The notes beneath the pieces were generated by a model. The model did not search any database and was not told the DNA's origin. It saw nothing but the letters and a program-made list of their open reading frames with translations. From assembly GCA_050294405.1 (NCBI GenBank), contig JBNKOC010000012.1:160001-224000 (forward strand): a stretch of DNA of 64,000 nt, read 5' to 3'. Source of the DNA: Fibrobacteria bacterium. Lineage in GTDB: Bacteria; Fibrobacterota; Fibrobacteria; UBA11236; JADFYW01. Made by a program: the position numbers and the translations under genes. Below are positions 30,601-40,461 of this stretch, in pieces. Positions within the stretch are counted from its first letter, which is position 1. Every line of letters begins with the position of its first letter.

Positions 30601-30601
30601 C

Positions 30602-32338
30602 ATGCCGGATATAAAAGAATTTTTTAACGAAGAAATGGATTACCTGACCCGTGCGGGGCAGGAGTTTTCCAAACTATATCCTGAAAGGGCTTCTTATTTA
30701 AACTTGGCCGGTTTGGCTGATAGAGACCCTTATGTGGAAAGGCTCTTTGAAGGTTTTGCCTTTTTAACCAGCCGGGTGCGGGAAAAAATTGAAGATGACT
30801 TTCCCGAGTTTACGGAGAATTTGCTGGATTTTGTGGCCCCCGAGTTCCTGCGTCCAATACCGCCACTAACCATGGTGCAATTTACCCCTCGTCCGGGCAT
30901 GTTGCAAAAAAGTTACAACCTGAAAAAAGGTTCACGCATATTATCGAATCCAGCCGGCCCCAAAGCCATGCCTTGCACTTTTGTGACTTCTAAAAATGTT
31001 CCTGTTTTTCCCATGCATATTTCTCAAGTGGACTTTAAAAGAGACGAAAGTAAAGGTTATGTATGCGATATTAGTTTTAAAACGGATTTGGGCGCCAAAC
31101 TTAATCAATTGGAAGATGGACATTTTACCCTTTGGGTTAGGGGCGAGCGCAGCTGGGCCTGGCAGATACATCATCTATTTACCAATCAATCCAGCCAGGT
31201 TGCCCTGGAGGTGAACGGCCAATTGCTGGAAAACAATTCAGAAACTCCCAAGGCTTATTTAAATGGGGAATTTATTAAAGAATCCCTTTGGCCCTATTCC
31301 CATTCTACTATGAAAAGCGCCAATACTCTATTTGAGTTTATTTCTTTTGAAGAAAAATTCAGATACATCCACTTTCAAAATTTGCCCCTTTCCAATATAC
31401 CCGATGACACCCGTGAATTTAAACTTAAAATATATTTGAACAACCCTTTGCCAAAAGGTCAGCCTTTGGAAACCCAAAATCTGGTTTTGTTTTCCACGCC
31501 TGCTATTAACCTTTTTGAAAAACAATCGGAGCCTATTTCTGCAAACTTAAAATCTTTTGAATATCCAATCGTGCCTGATTTAAATGAAGACTTGGAAATA
31601 TATTCGCTTAAAACCGTTACAAGCATTGATAAAAACTCTGGAAAAGAAAGTAAGTTAGAGCCCTTTCATAACTATAAACCAAACTCGGCGGCCAAAGGTT
31701 TTTATTCTATGCGGCGTTTGCAAAAAATTCCAGGACATTCCACTTGTTATATAAAAGTGGGACCAGGGGGAAATTTTCACAAGACGGAATCCTCCTATTT
31801 ATCTTTGGTAGTGTATGCTACACATGGGGGACTGCCCAGAAAGGAATTGAGAGAGGGCGATGTTTGTAATCCCACCAGCGATATTCCGGATTTTATATCC
31901 TTTAGTAATTTAACCAGACCCACAGCTTCCCATATGCCTCCTAAAGAAAGCATGTATCTGTGGTACGCTTTAAACCATCTAAACTTGAATTTTTACGCTT
32001 TAAGCGATGGGGACACCTTTAAAAAAGTTTTGGAAATGTACAACTGGGTAAATAACGCCTGGATTAAGAGAGCCATAAACGCACTCCGAAGTGTTAAGGC
32101 CGAAGGCAAATCTTTTATGGTGAAGGGGCAATTCGCCCGTGGAACACAACTCACATTAAACTTTGAAGATGGGGCCTTTCACAACGTGGCGGACCAAAAC
32201 ATATTTGGCAGCTTGCTTCACCAGTTTGTAAGCCGTTATGCATCTATTAATTCCTTGGTTTCCCTGCGCTTTAAGTTTGAGCCGTCTGGGCAAATTGTAA
32301 GTTGGAACGCTATGGAGGGTTTGTGCCAGGCTCTCTAA
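30602..32338 (+). CDS. tssF: T6SS baseplate TssF
   Basis: EMDYL...G.EF, DPYVERLFEGFAFL, PAINLF, YASINS. Confidence 0.96.
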   Translation: MPDIKEFFNEEMDYLTRAGQEFSKLYPERASYLNLAGLADRDPYVERLFEGFAFLTSRVREKIEDDFPEFTENLLDFVAPEFLRPIPPLTMVQFTPRPGMLQKSYNLKKGSRILSNPAGPKAMPCTFVTSKNVPVFPMHISQVDFKRDESKGYVCDISFKTDLGAKLNQLEDGHFTLWVRGERSWAWQIHHLFTNQSSQVALEVNGQLLENNSETPKAYLNGEFIKESLWPYSHSTMKSANTLFEFISFEEKFRYIHFQNLPLSNIPDDTREFKLKIYLNNPLPKGQPLETQNLVLFSTPAINLFEKQSEPISANLKSFEYPIVPDLNEDLEIYSLKTVTSIDKNSGKESKLEPFHNYKPNSAAKGFYSMRRLQKIPGHSTCYIKVGPGGNFHKTESSYLSLVVYATHGGLPRKELREGDVCNPTSDIPDFISFSNLTRPTASHMPPKESMYLWYALNHLNLNFYALSDGDTFKKVLEMYNWVNNAWIKRAINALRSVKAEGKSFMVKGQFARGTQLTLNFEDGAFHNVADQNIFGSLLHQFVSRYASINSLVSLRFKFEPSGQIVSWNAMEGLCQAL

Positions 32339-33285
32339 AAGAACAACTGGTTAAAGACCCTTGGGATTTTAATTTCTATTGGGCTACCCTGGTTATGGAG
32401 AGCCATGTTAAGGATGGTTTTCCAGAAGTGGAAGACCCATTTGCTAGACATATAAAATTTGTTCCTGATAACTCGCTGGCTTTTCCAGCTTCAGATATAT
32501 TGAAAATTTATCGAATGGAATCGGGTTACCGAATGGTGCTTTCTTTTATGGGTCTGTATGGAGTTTCTTCACCCTTGCCTTCGTATTTCATTGATGGAAT
32601 TACCTTCAATAAGGAACATGCCCGTCCCCTAAAGGGTCTGTTGGAAATTTTTTCCCATCGAATTTATACCTTGTATTATAAGGCCTGGAAAAAAAATCAA
32701 TCTATGTTTGCAGCCTTGTTGGGAAACGAGGATAAAATAACTAGTGGTTTTAAGCTGTTATCCTCACAATCCATTGCTTCTGTTAAATCCACGAGTAAAA
32801 AAAATTGTCTGGAAGCAGTTGCAGGAGGAAGGTTATTTGGCGCCGCGGTACGCTCCGCTGAAAATTTGGCCCATCTTTTGGAGCAAGTTTTTCAACTGCC
32901 GAAAGTGGAAGTTCAACAATGGCGTGGGCAGTGGATTCAAAACCCGGCCCCTAGCGTGCTTGATGGCACAGTGGCTCTTGGGAAGGGCTGTTTTTTAGGC
33001 AAATATTGTTTCGATGTATTGGGCTTTTTTAAAGTGAAAATTGGCCCGATGGAATTTTCTCTGTTTCAGAAATTTTTTCAAAAGGGAGTAGATGGAACAA
33101 CATTAGGAGAAAAAACCAAAGAATTTATAAAAAGTTTTTTAAGAGATCCTCTGGATTTTGATGTGGAATTGGAACTGCAAATTCCCGAGGGAGAAAAATG
33201 TGAATTAGGAGGTAACTTTGCCCAAATTGGCAGAGGGGCCTGGTTAGGAAGCAAACCGTCAGAAGCTTTGCTGGTCAGAGCTTGA
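32302..33285 (+). CDS. tssG: T6SS baseplate TssG
   Basis: SLAFPASDI, FMGLYG.SSPLP, F.HR..LYY.AWKK, IGP; overlaps the end of tssF. Confidence 0.93.
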   Translation: MERYGGFVPGSLKEQLVKDPWDFNFYWATLVMESHVKDGFPEVEDPFARHIKFVPDNSLAFPASDILKIYRMESGYRMVLSFMGLYGVSSPLPSYFIDGITFNKEHARPLKGLLEIFSHRIYTLYYKAWKKNQSMFAALLGNEDKITSGFKLLSSQSIASVKSTSKKNCLEAVAGGRLFGAAVRSAENLAHLLEQVFQLPKVEVQQWRGQWIQNPAPSVLDGTVALGKGCFLGKYCFDVLGFFKVKIGPMEFSLFQKFFQKGVDGTTLGEKTKEFIKSFLRDPLDFDVELELQIPEGEKCELGGNFAQIGRGAWLGSKPSEALLVRA

Positions 33286-33304
33286 GGAATAAAAGGAGTA
33301 AATC

Positions 33305-35992
33305 ATGATTGCGAATTCTATTAGAGCCATATTGGAAAAATTAAACAAATACGACAAAGGGTTGTTGGAAGGTGCTGTGGGTGCTTGCGTGAACAGAGGA
33401 CATTACGAAGTTACCGTAACCCATATTCTGGATCAGGCTTTTAGCGAAGGTTCTGGAGATTTACTATACATTTTAAATCATTTTAAAGTAGACCCAACAT
33501 TGTTCAAGTCGGCTCTGCAACAAGAACTCAAGGAGTTGAAAATTGGCAACACAGGAAAGCCTGTTTTTTCTCCAACACTCATTAACATATTGGAACTGGC
33601 CTGGTCTGAATCCAGTTTAAACTTGGGCGAAGCTGAAATCCGAACAGGTGGAATTTTGCTTGCTCTTAGAAAAAATCCAGGAATGTGTGGAGTTGGGTTG
33701 CAAGACCAGCTTGCTTTAATCTCTCCTGAGGCTTTAAGTGAAGGGTTCCACAAAATTGTAGGCGGTTCTAAAGAATCCGCCGGGGCGGCCACTACTAAAA
33801 GAGCAAAAGATGGAGAAGCTAAGGAGGGCTCTCATTTAGACCGATTTACTGTGAACTTTGTGGAAATGGCCAAAAACGGAAAAATTGATCCTATTTTCGG
33901 CCGGGATGAAGAAATTCTTCAGACCATCGATATTTTATCCCGTCGCCGAAAGAATAACCCCATTATGGTGGGTGAGGCTGGTGTGGGAAAAACCGCTGTA
34001 ATTGAAGGCTTGGCTCTTCGCATTGCGGAAGGAAAGGTCCCCGATGTATTAAAGGGCGTGGAAATCCGCAGCCTGGATATGGGTTTGTTATCTGCTGGAG
34101 CTGGAGTTCGCGGAGAATTTGAAAATCGGTTAAAAGGCGTTATCAGCGAAGTTAAAAATTCAGAAGTGCCCATTGTATTGTTTATTGATGAAGCCCATAC
34201 TATGATTGGGGCTGGCGGTGAGGCTGGTCAAAACGACGCAGCTAATTTGCTTAAGCCGGAAATGGCTCGGGGTGAATTAAAAATCCTGGCGGCCACTACC
34301 TTTACTGAGTTTAGAAAATATTTTGAAAAAGACCCTGCTATGGCCAGGCGTTTTCAGATGGTTAACATTAAAGAACCCGATCCGGAAACGGCAGCCATTA
34401 TGTTACGAGGTTTGCGTACGCGCTATGAATCTTTCCACGGTGTTAAAATTTCCTACGCTGCTATAAAGGCTGCCTGTGAACTTTCGGATAAATTTATTGC
34501 TGGTAGACAACTTCCCGATAAAGCTGTGGACTTGTTGGATACTGCTGCAGCCAGAGTTAAAATGGGATTAACCACTAAACCAAGCATGTTGCTGCAATGG
34601 GAACAAGCGGTTGGCAATTTGGAAATTGAGCTGGAAGCTTTGGAAAAAGATTATAAATCCGGAATTTTAACGGATACGGATATTTTGGAAGATACCAAAG
34701 AAAAGTTGGAATCCGCCAAGGCCAGGGTTAGCGAAATAGAGGGGCAATGGCAAAAAGAACTGGAAGCCGTTCGCGAAATTATAGCCTTGCAAGAAAAATT
34801 GGAGTTAGAAGAAACATCGGAAGATTCTAAAGGTTCCATCCGAACTGAAATTGATAGCAAATGGAAAACCCTGGAAGAGCTTCAGGAAGAAATTCCATTG
34901 GTGCATGCCCATGTATCTCCGGAAGTGGTGGCTCAAATTATTTCGGAATGGACAGGTATACCTGCCGGTAACATGGTCCGCGATGAAGCGGAAACCCTTC
35001 TCAATTTGGAAAACATTATCAATAAAAGAGTCAAGGGCCAAAGCTGGGGAGTCAGGGAATTGGCCAATACCCTTCGCAGCGCCAAAACAGGTTTGGGGAA
35101 TCCCAATGCACCCATGGGAGTTTTTCTGGTTACCGGTCCTTCAGGTGTGGGGAAAACCGAAGTAGCTACCACCATTTCTGATCTGTTGTTTGGAGGTGAA
35201 AAAGCCGTTGTTACCATTAACATGTCTGAATATCAAGACAGCATGTCTGTAACCCAGTTAAAAGGCGCAAGTGCAGGCTATGTAGGTTATGGAGATGGCG
35301 GTGTGCTAACAGAAGGCGTGCGCAAACGCCCCTATACGGTGGTTATCCTCGATGAAGTGGAAAAAGCCCACAAGGATGTATTGAATATGTTCTATCAGGT
35401 TTTTGATAAGGGAATATTGCGAGATGGTGAAGGTCGGGATATTAATTTTAAAAATACGGTAATTTTGATGACCAGCAACTTGGGACTGGAGACGATTACC
35501 CAAATGGCCTTAGAAGACAAAGAATACGAATACGAAGCTTATCGCGAAGCCATTGTGCCTGAGCTAACAGCTCACTTTGCTCCTGCTCTTTTGGCAAGAT
35601 GCAAAGTAGTGCCCTTTTTACCTCTTGGCTCCGATACATTGGCTGAAATTGTTCAGCTTAAATTAAATAAAGTGGGGAACAGGTTAATGGGAAGGCATAA
35701 CATAGCTTTTGCTGTGTCCCCTGAAGTTATTGAAGGGCTGGTGGCTCGTTGCACTCAGGTACAATCTGGCGCCAGAAATATCGATACCATTATCGATAAA
35801 GAACTGTTGCCTGAAATTTCCAGACAACTGTTGTTGGCTTTAACCGAGGAAAAATTTCCCACCCATTTGTATGTGGGAATGACAAATGAAGGGGCTTTTG
35901 ACTTTTATTTCACTCAGGGAGATTTTTATAATCCCGAATCAACCCCTGCCGAGGCAGCGGAAAATGTGGAAGAAGTGACCAGCGAAGCCTGA
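33305..35992 (+). CDS. clpV: T6SS AAA+ ATPase ClpV/TssH
   Basis: N-terminal RGHYEV..H, RRRKNNP, two Walker A motifs (GEAGVGKT, GPSGVGKT), GYVGYG.GGVLTE, SGARNID. Confidence 0.96.
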   Translation: MIANSIRAILEKLNKYDKGLLEGAVGACVNRGHYEVTVTHILDQAFSEGSGDLLYILNHFKVDPTLFKSALQQELKELKIGNTGKPVFSPTLINILELAWSESSLNLGEAEIRTGGILLALRKNPGMCGVGLQDQLALISPEALSEGFHKIVGGSKESAGAATTKRAKDGEAKEGSHLDRFTVNFVEMAKNGKIDPIFGRDEEILQTIDILSRRRKNNPIMVGEAGVGKTAVIEGLALRIAEGKVPDVLKGVEIRSLDMGLLSAGAGVRGEFENRLKGVISEVKNSEVPIVLFIDEAHTMIGAGGEAGQNDAANLLKPEMARGELKILAATTFTEFRKYFEKDPAMARRFQMVNIKEPDPETAAIMLRGLRTRYESFHGVKISYAAIKAACELSDKFIAGRQLPDKAVDLLDTAAARVKMGLTTKPSMLLQWEQAVGNLEIELEALEKDYKSGILTDTDILEDTKEKLESAKARVSEIEGQWQKELEAVREIIALQEKLELEETSEDSKGSIRTEIDSKWKTLEELQEEIPLVHAHVSPEVVAQIISEWTGIPAGNMVRDEAETLLNLENIINKRVKGQSWGVRELANTLRSAKTGLGNPNAPMGVFLVTGPSGVGKTEVATTISDLLFGGEKAVVTINMSEYQDSMSVTQLKGASAGYVGYGDGGVLTEGVRKRPYTVVILDEVEKAHKDVLNMFYQVFDKGILRDGEGRDINFKNTVILMTSNLGLETITQMALEDKEYEYEAYREAIVPELTAHFAPALLARCKVVPFLPLGSDTLAEIVQLKLNKVGNRLMGRHNIAFAVSPEVIEGLVARCTQVQSGARNIDTIIDKELLPEISRQLLLALTEEKFPTHLYVGMTNEGAFDFYFTQGDFYNPESTPAEAAENVEEVTSEA

Positions 35993-36020
35993 TTGAGTTA
36001 AGTTATTAAGAGGTATATAT

Positions 36021-38201
36021 ATGGGAACAAATGATGGCTTAACTGGAATGACTGCGGATACTTCCCAGTTTTATTTTGGGGTGGATGCACTTCCCAAAGA
36101 TTTTTTTCAGGTATTGCAATTTAACGGTTCGGAATCTGTTTCTGAATGTTTTTATTTTAATTTGCAAGCTATTTCCCTGGAACACCAATTAAACTATGAA
36201 GAAGTAATTGGAAAAACCTTTATGTTCACCTTCTATTCCCATGAAGGAGAAATTAAACGGGGGGGAATGGTTGTTTCCTGCGAGCAGTATGCCACCTTGG
36301 GTGATTTTAGTACCTATCATCTTAAATTGGTGCCGCGCATATATAAGCTTTCATATCGCAGCAATAACCGGGTTTTCCAAAAAAAATCTATAGCTAAAAT
36401 AATTGAAGATGTACTAACAGATGCCGGCTTTGTTAAAAACCTGGATTTTAAGCAAGTATTGAACCCCATGCCTCAAGAAGAGGAGTTTGTGGTTCAATAC
36501 AACGAATCGGATCTAAACTTCATACAGCGCCTAATGGAAACCCATGGTATATATTATTACTTCGATCATGTAGATGGAAAAGATGTGTTAATGATGGTTA
36601 ATGTGAGTGCTGATGCCCCTGGCCTTCCGGAAAAAGCCCAATTGGCATTTAATCCTGATGGGGGAATGGTCAAGGGAGATTCTGCTTCTGTAAAAAACTT
36701 AGCCAAAGTGCATAGCTATGCTACGGGAAGGTATGCTTTCAAAGATTACAACTATCGCCAGCCTGATTCCAATGTATTAGGTCAATCGGGAGATGCCGAA
36801 ATGGGAGAGTGGTACGAGTATGCCAGCAATTTAAAAGACTCTCAAAAAGCGTCCCAATTAGCCTCTGTGAGGCAACAAATGCTTGATTCGGGTCGCACCA
36901 TATTTAGAGGAAATAGTGATTGCCGTTGGCTTTTTTCTGGTTTTCATTTTGAGTTAAGTGGTTCTGGGCCTTCTGGTTTTGACGGAAAATATTTTATAAC
37001 AAAAATTGAACATTCGGGAAACCAGGAAGCCGGGTTGCTCGGCAAAGGGGACTCTGTTACCTACTCAAATACATTTGAATGTTTGTCTTTGGAAACAGCT
37101 TATAGGCCGAGTTTGAAAACTCCTAAACCCCAAATGAACGGGATTCTTACTGCCAAGGTAGACGGGCCGGATGGACCCTATGCTCATTTGGATGAAGAAG
37201 GACGCTATAAAGTCAAATTTTATTTTGACCGAACTGATTTACAAAATGGGGAAGCTAGCTTACCCGTACGTCTGGCCCAACCTTATACAGGAAAGGGATA
37301 CGGGATGCATTTTCCTGTGCATAAGGGAACGGAAATTTTAATTGCCTTTGAAAATGGAGATGTGGATAGGCCAATCGGACTTGCCACGGTGCCTAACCCC
37401 TCTAATGGCACTCCAGTTACAAGCTCCAATAAATCCAACAACATATTGAAAACAGCTTCCGGCCATATACTGCAAATGAATGATTTGGAAGATGAAACCT
37501 CCATTAACCTTATTAGTTCTGGCAAACATAGCCTCTCTTTTCAGGATATTGAAAAAGAGCAGCAAATTGAATTAAAGTCCGCTAAAGAAAAAGTCCTTTT
37601 GCTTGATGATAAAAATGAACACATTACCTTAAAAACCAAAGATGGAACAAAGGTTATGAAGTTCGATGATAAGGACAAATACATATTGCTCCAAACGGAT
37701 TATGGGCATACGGTTAAAATGGATGATAAAAAGAAAGTTATCGACATACAGACCAAGGATAAACATTGCCTGTCCATTAATGATGATAAAAAAACCATTA
37801 CCCTCACAGATGGAAACAATAAAAATTCCATATACATCGATATTGGGAAAAATAAGATTATTCTAACATCAGAAGCAGACATGGTTTTAAAGGCAAAGAA
37901 TAACCTAGATATCCAGGCCACCAATATTAAAATGCAATCTAAGGGCGGTACTTTTGACTTGTCCGCAGATCAGGATATAAACATAACCAGCAAGACGAAT
38001 GTATCTGCCAAGGGTAACATGAAAATGAATCTGGAAGCAGGCATGGATTTAAGCGCCAAGGGCAGTTTGAATTTAAAACTGGAAGGCGGGGTTAATGTGG
38101 AGTCCAAGGCGGGTGTGGCTAGCAAAACCACAGGCACTCTTGTGAACGTGGAGGCCAAGGGGCTTAACACCATTAAAGGCGCCATGGTGATGATTAATTA
38201 A
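36021..38201 (+). CDS. vgrG: T6SS spike VgrG/TssI
   Basis: VQYNESDLNFIQRLME..GIYYYF, KDYNY..P, DEEGRYKV.F, GMHFP...GTE....FE.GD.DRP; repetitive beta spike at the C-terminus. Confidence 0.96.
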   Translation: MGTNDGLTGMTADTSQFYFGVDALPKDFFQVLQFNGSESVSECFYFNLQAISLEHQLNYEEVIGKTFMFTFYSHEGEIKRGGMVVSCEQYATLGDFSTYHLKLVPRIYKLSYRSNNRVFQKKSIAKIIEDVLTDAGFVKNLDFKQVLNPMPQEEEFVVQYNESDLNFIQRLMETHGIYYYFDHVDGKDVLMMVNVSADAPGLPEKAQLAFNPDGGMVKGDSASVKNLAKVHSYATGRYAFKDYNYRQPDSNVLGQSGDAEMGEWYEYASNLKDSQKASQLASVRQQMLDSGRTIFRGNSDCRWLFSGFHFELSGSGPSGFDGKYFITKIEHSGNQEAGLLGKGDSVTYSNTFECLSLETAYRPSLKTPKPQMNGILTAKVDGPDGPYAHLDEEGRYKVKFYFDRTDLQNGEASLPVRLAQPYTGKGYGMHFPVHKGTEILIAFENGDVDRPIGLATVPNPSNGTPVTSSNKSNNILKTASGHILQMNDLEDETSINLISSGKHSLSFQDIEKEQQIELKSAKEKVLLLDDKNEHITLKTKDGTKVMKFDDKDKYILLQTDYGHTVKMDDKKKVIDIQTKDKHCLSINDDKKTITLTDGNNKNSIYIDIGKNKIILTSEADMVLKAKNNLDIQATNIKMQSKGGTFDLSADQDINITSKTNVSAKGNMKMNLEAGMDLSAKGSLNLKLEGGVNVESKAGVASKTTGTLVNVEAKGLNTIKGAMVMIN

Positions 38202-38423
38202 TTGCCATAGCGTTTGAAAATTGCCTTGGTTAAATAAATATTTTCGAATTTGAATGTTTTCCAGAATTGTTTATTTATTTTAAACATTTGTGGTCGGTTT
38301 CCCATAAAATTTAGAGTTATAGTAGATATATCCCTTAGTTTAAGAAATGGGACCTTTAAAAATTCATAAAAGCTAATAGGGCAATTGAGGCCCTAATTGT
38401 TTTCCATAAAAACCGGAGAGAAT

Positions 38424-39530
38424 TTGCGAAAACAAAATACTCTAACTTTGCCTACACTGTGGTTTCTATTAGTCCAAGTAGCATTTGGGCAAAGCTATGT
38501 GTCTCCTTTGGAAGGGAGCTTATTTGTTCACGATCCAGTTATAATAAAAGAAGAAGATACATACCATATATATTTTACCGGGCGCTGGGTTAGCCATAAA
38601 ACATCTTCCAATAGAATTTTTTGGGAAAGCGCAGGAACCGTATTTAATCAAAATGTGAGTTGGGTTGGGAGCGCAGTTCCCGGCAATAATGGTTTTGATT
38701 ATTGGGCCCCGGATGTTTTTTTCCATAATAACCGATATTGGCTTTATTATTCGGTTTCCACCTTTGGCCAGCAAGTATCCGCAATTGGCTTGGCCACAAG
38801 CCCAAGTTTAAATAATCCCAATTGGAGTGATCAAGGTATTGTTGTACAATCCCAGAGAGGAGATCCATACAATGCCATCGATCCAAACATTATAAAGGAC
38901 AAAGAAGGAAAAATGTGGATGAGTTGGGGATCTTTTTGGCAGGGACTGTATATTATTGAGTTAGATACAGCAAGCGGCAAACCTCTGGATGATGCAAGTC
39001 CCATACATATCGCCGGAAGAGGGGGCAAGGGCACTGAAGCCCCCTTTATTGTATATAAATACGGCTACTATTATTTGTTTTCATCCTGGGATAAATGCTG
39101 TGATGGAGTTACCAGCACCTACAATATTAGAGTGGGACGCTCCGAAAAGGTTACAGGCCCTTATGAGGATAAGGAAGGGGCTCGGTTATTGGATGGCGGG
39201 GGCAGTCTAATCGATGATGGGGATTCCAGATGGATTGGGCCTGGCCACAATTCGGTTATTACGGATAATGATACCACATTTTTAGTGAACCATGCCTACG
39301 ATGCCAATCAAAATGGCAGAGCCACCCTTATGATCCGCCCCTTGTATTGGACCGAAGATAACTGGCCTAGTTTAAACCCGGAAGATGGTGAAGTGACACC
39401 GGAGGAAAATACATCTGTAAAATCAATTCACAAAAAGTTTATTCCATTTGAAAAATCCCTTTTTACTAAAAATGGAATTTATTATGATGTTAGAGGCAGG
39501 GGAAAAAATATTGAATTAATATTAAAATAA
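38424..39530 (+). CDS. Secreted GH43 endo-1,5-alpha-L-arabinanase-like glycoside hydrolase
   Basis: VHDP, WAPD, YYSVSTFG, NAIDP, GSFW.G, EAP, GPGHN, HAYD; signal peptide; TTG at 38424 after GGAG (ORF track start 38397). Confidence 0.9.
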   Translation: MRKQNTLTLPTLWFLLVQVAFGQSYVSPLEGSLFVHDPVIIKEEDTYHIYFTGRWVSHKTSSNRIFWESAGTVFNQNVSWVGSAVPGNNGFDYWAPDVFFHNNRYWLYYSVSTFGQQVSAIGLATSPSLNNPNWSDQGIVVQSQRGDPYNAIDPNIIKDKEGKMWMSWGSFWQGLYIIELDTASGKPLDDASPIHIAGRGGKGTEAPFIVYKYGYYYLFSSWDKCCDGVTSTYNIRVGRSEKVTGPYEDKEGARLLDGGGSLIDDGDSRWIGPGHNSVITDNDTTFLVNHAYDANQNGRATLMIRPLYWTEDNWPSLNPEDGEVTPEENTSVKSIHKKFIPFEKSLFTKNGIYYDVRGRGKNIELILK

Positions 39531-39615
39531 GGGCAAAAATGGAGGCTCCCAATATCAGACCGGGCACGGAGACCAATTTTAGAATTCCTCAAAATAAAAT
39601 CGTTTATTTTCAATA

Positions 39616-40422
39616 TTATCCTGTGGATTTTCCAATTTTCAAAATTCTTATACTTCCCTGTATCACGATGGTAAATACGATAGCGCCTATTATTAGATCT
39701 GGAACTTTTGAATTAAACCAAAAAACCAAAATGCCCGCCATAATTACTCCAAGATTTATAATTACATCATTGGAGGTAAATATTAGGCTGGCTTGAATGT
39801 GGGCTTCTGATTTGTTTTTCGATTTCTGTAGCAGAAACAAGCAAACGGCGTTTGCAATTAAAGCCAACAGAGAAATGGAAATCATAGAATAATAATTGGG
39901 AGTATCTGTGGTTCCCATATATCTGCGCAAAACTTCCGTTATGCCAAATAGGGCCAAAGCGATTTGCATGTATCCGGCAAGTTTTGCAGAGTAGGCTTTT
40001 TTTGCAATGGACCCCCCAACTGCCATCAAACTCATTCCATATACAAAGGCATCTGCGAGCATATCTAAACTGTCGGCAACGAGCCCCATAGATTTGGAAA
40101 TAAGTCCAGAGAACAATTCAATGAGAAAGAAGGCCAGATTAATAACAAAAACAGCTATTAATATTTGTTTTTGGTTCTGGAGAGGTTCAAAGCTATCCTG
40201 CTGAGTTTTTTCTGTTTTTATTTTTTTGTGGTCCAAATTTAAATCGGATATGGACTTGTCAATAGTGTCAATTTGCCCGGAGTGCAGAATAGTTAACTTA
40301 CGCTGTGGTAAATCAAAATGAAGATCTTTTATTCCAGAAATATTGTTCAGTTTTAACCGAATTAAATTTTCTTCTGAACCACAATCCATTTTCTTGATTA
40401 TGTATATGGTTTTTTCATTCAT
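39616..40422 (-). CDS. Cation diffusion facilitator with N-terminal heavy-metal-associated-like domain
   Basis: MDCGSEE at the N-terminus, SMGLVADSLDMLAD, IFTSND; several TM helices. Confidence 0.85.
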   Translation of the reverse strand: MNEKTIYIIKKMDCGSEENLIRLKLNNISGIKDLHFDLPQRKLTILHSGQIDTIDKSISDLNLDHKKIKTEKTQQDSFEPLQNQKQILIAVFVINLAFFLIELFSGLISKSMGLVADSLDMLADAFVYGMSLMAVGGSIAKKAYSAKLAGYMQIALALFGITEVLRRYMGTTDTPNYYSMISISLLALIANAVCLFLLQKSKNKSEAHIQASLIFTSNDVIINLGVIMAGILVFWFNSKVPDLIIGAIVFTIVIQGSIRILKIGKSTG

Positions 40423-40461
40423 AAAATTTCAAATCAGAAATGTAATTGAAAAAAATAACTT

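Noticed and set aside
38424..39530. GH43 as a VgrG-linked T6SS effector
   Set aside because: It has a Sec-type signal peptide and its own C-terminal tail, lies ~220 nt from vgrG, and has no immunity partner
39539..39796. 85-aa ORF after the GH43
   Set aside because: Mostly antisense to the CDF transporter; no motif
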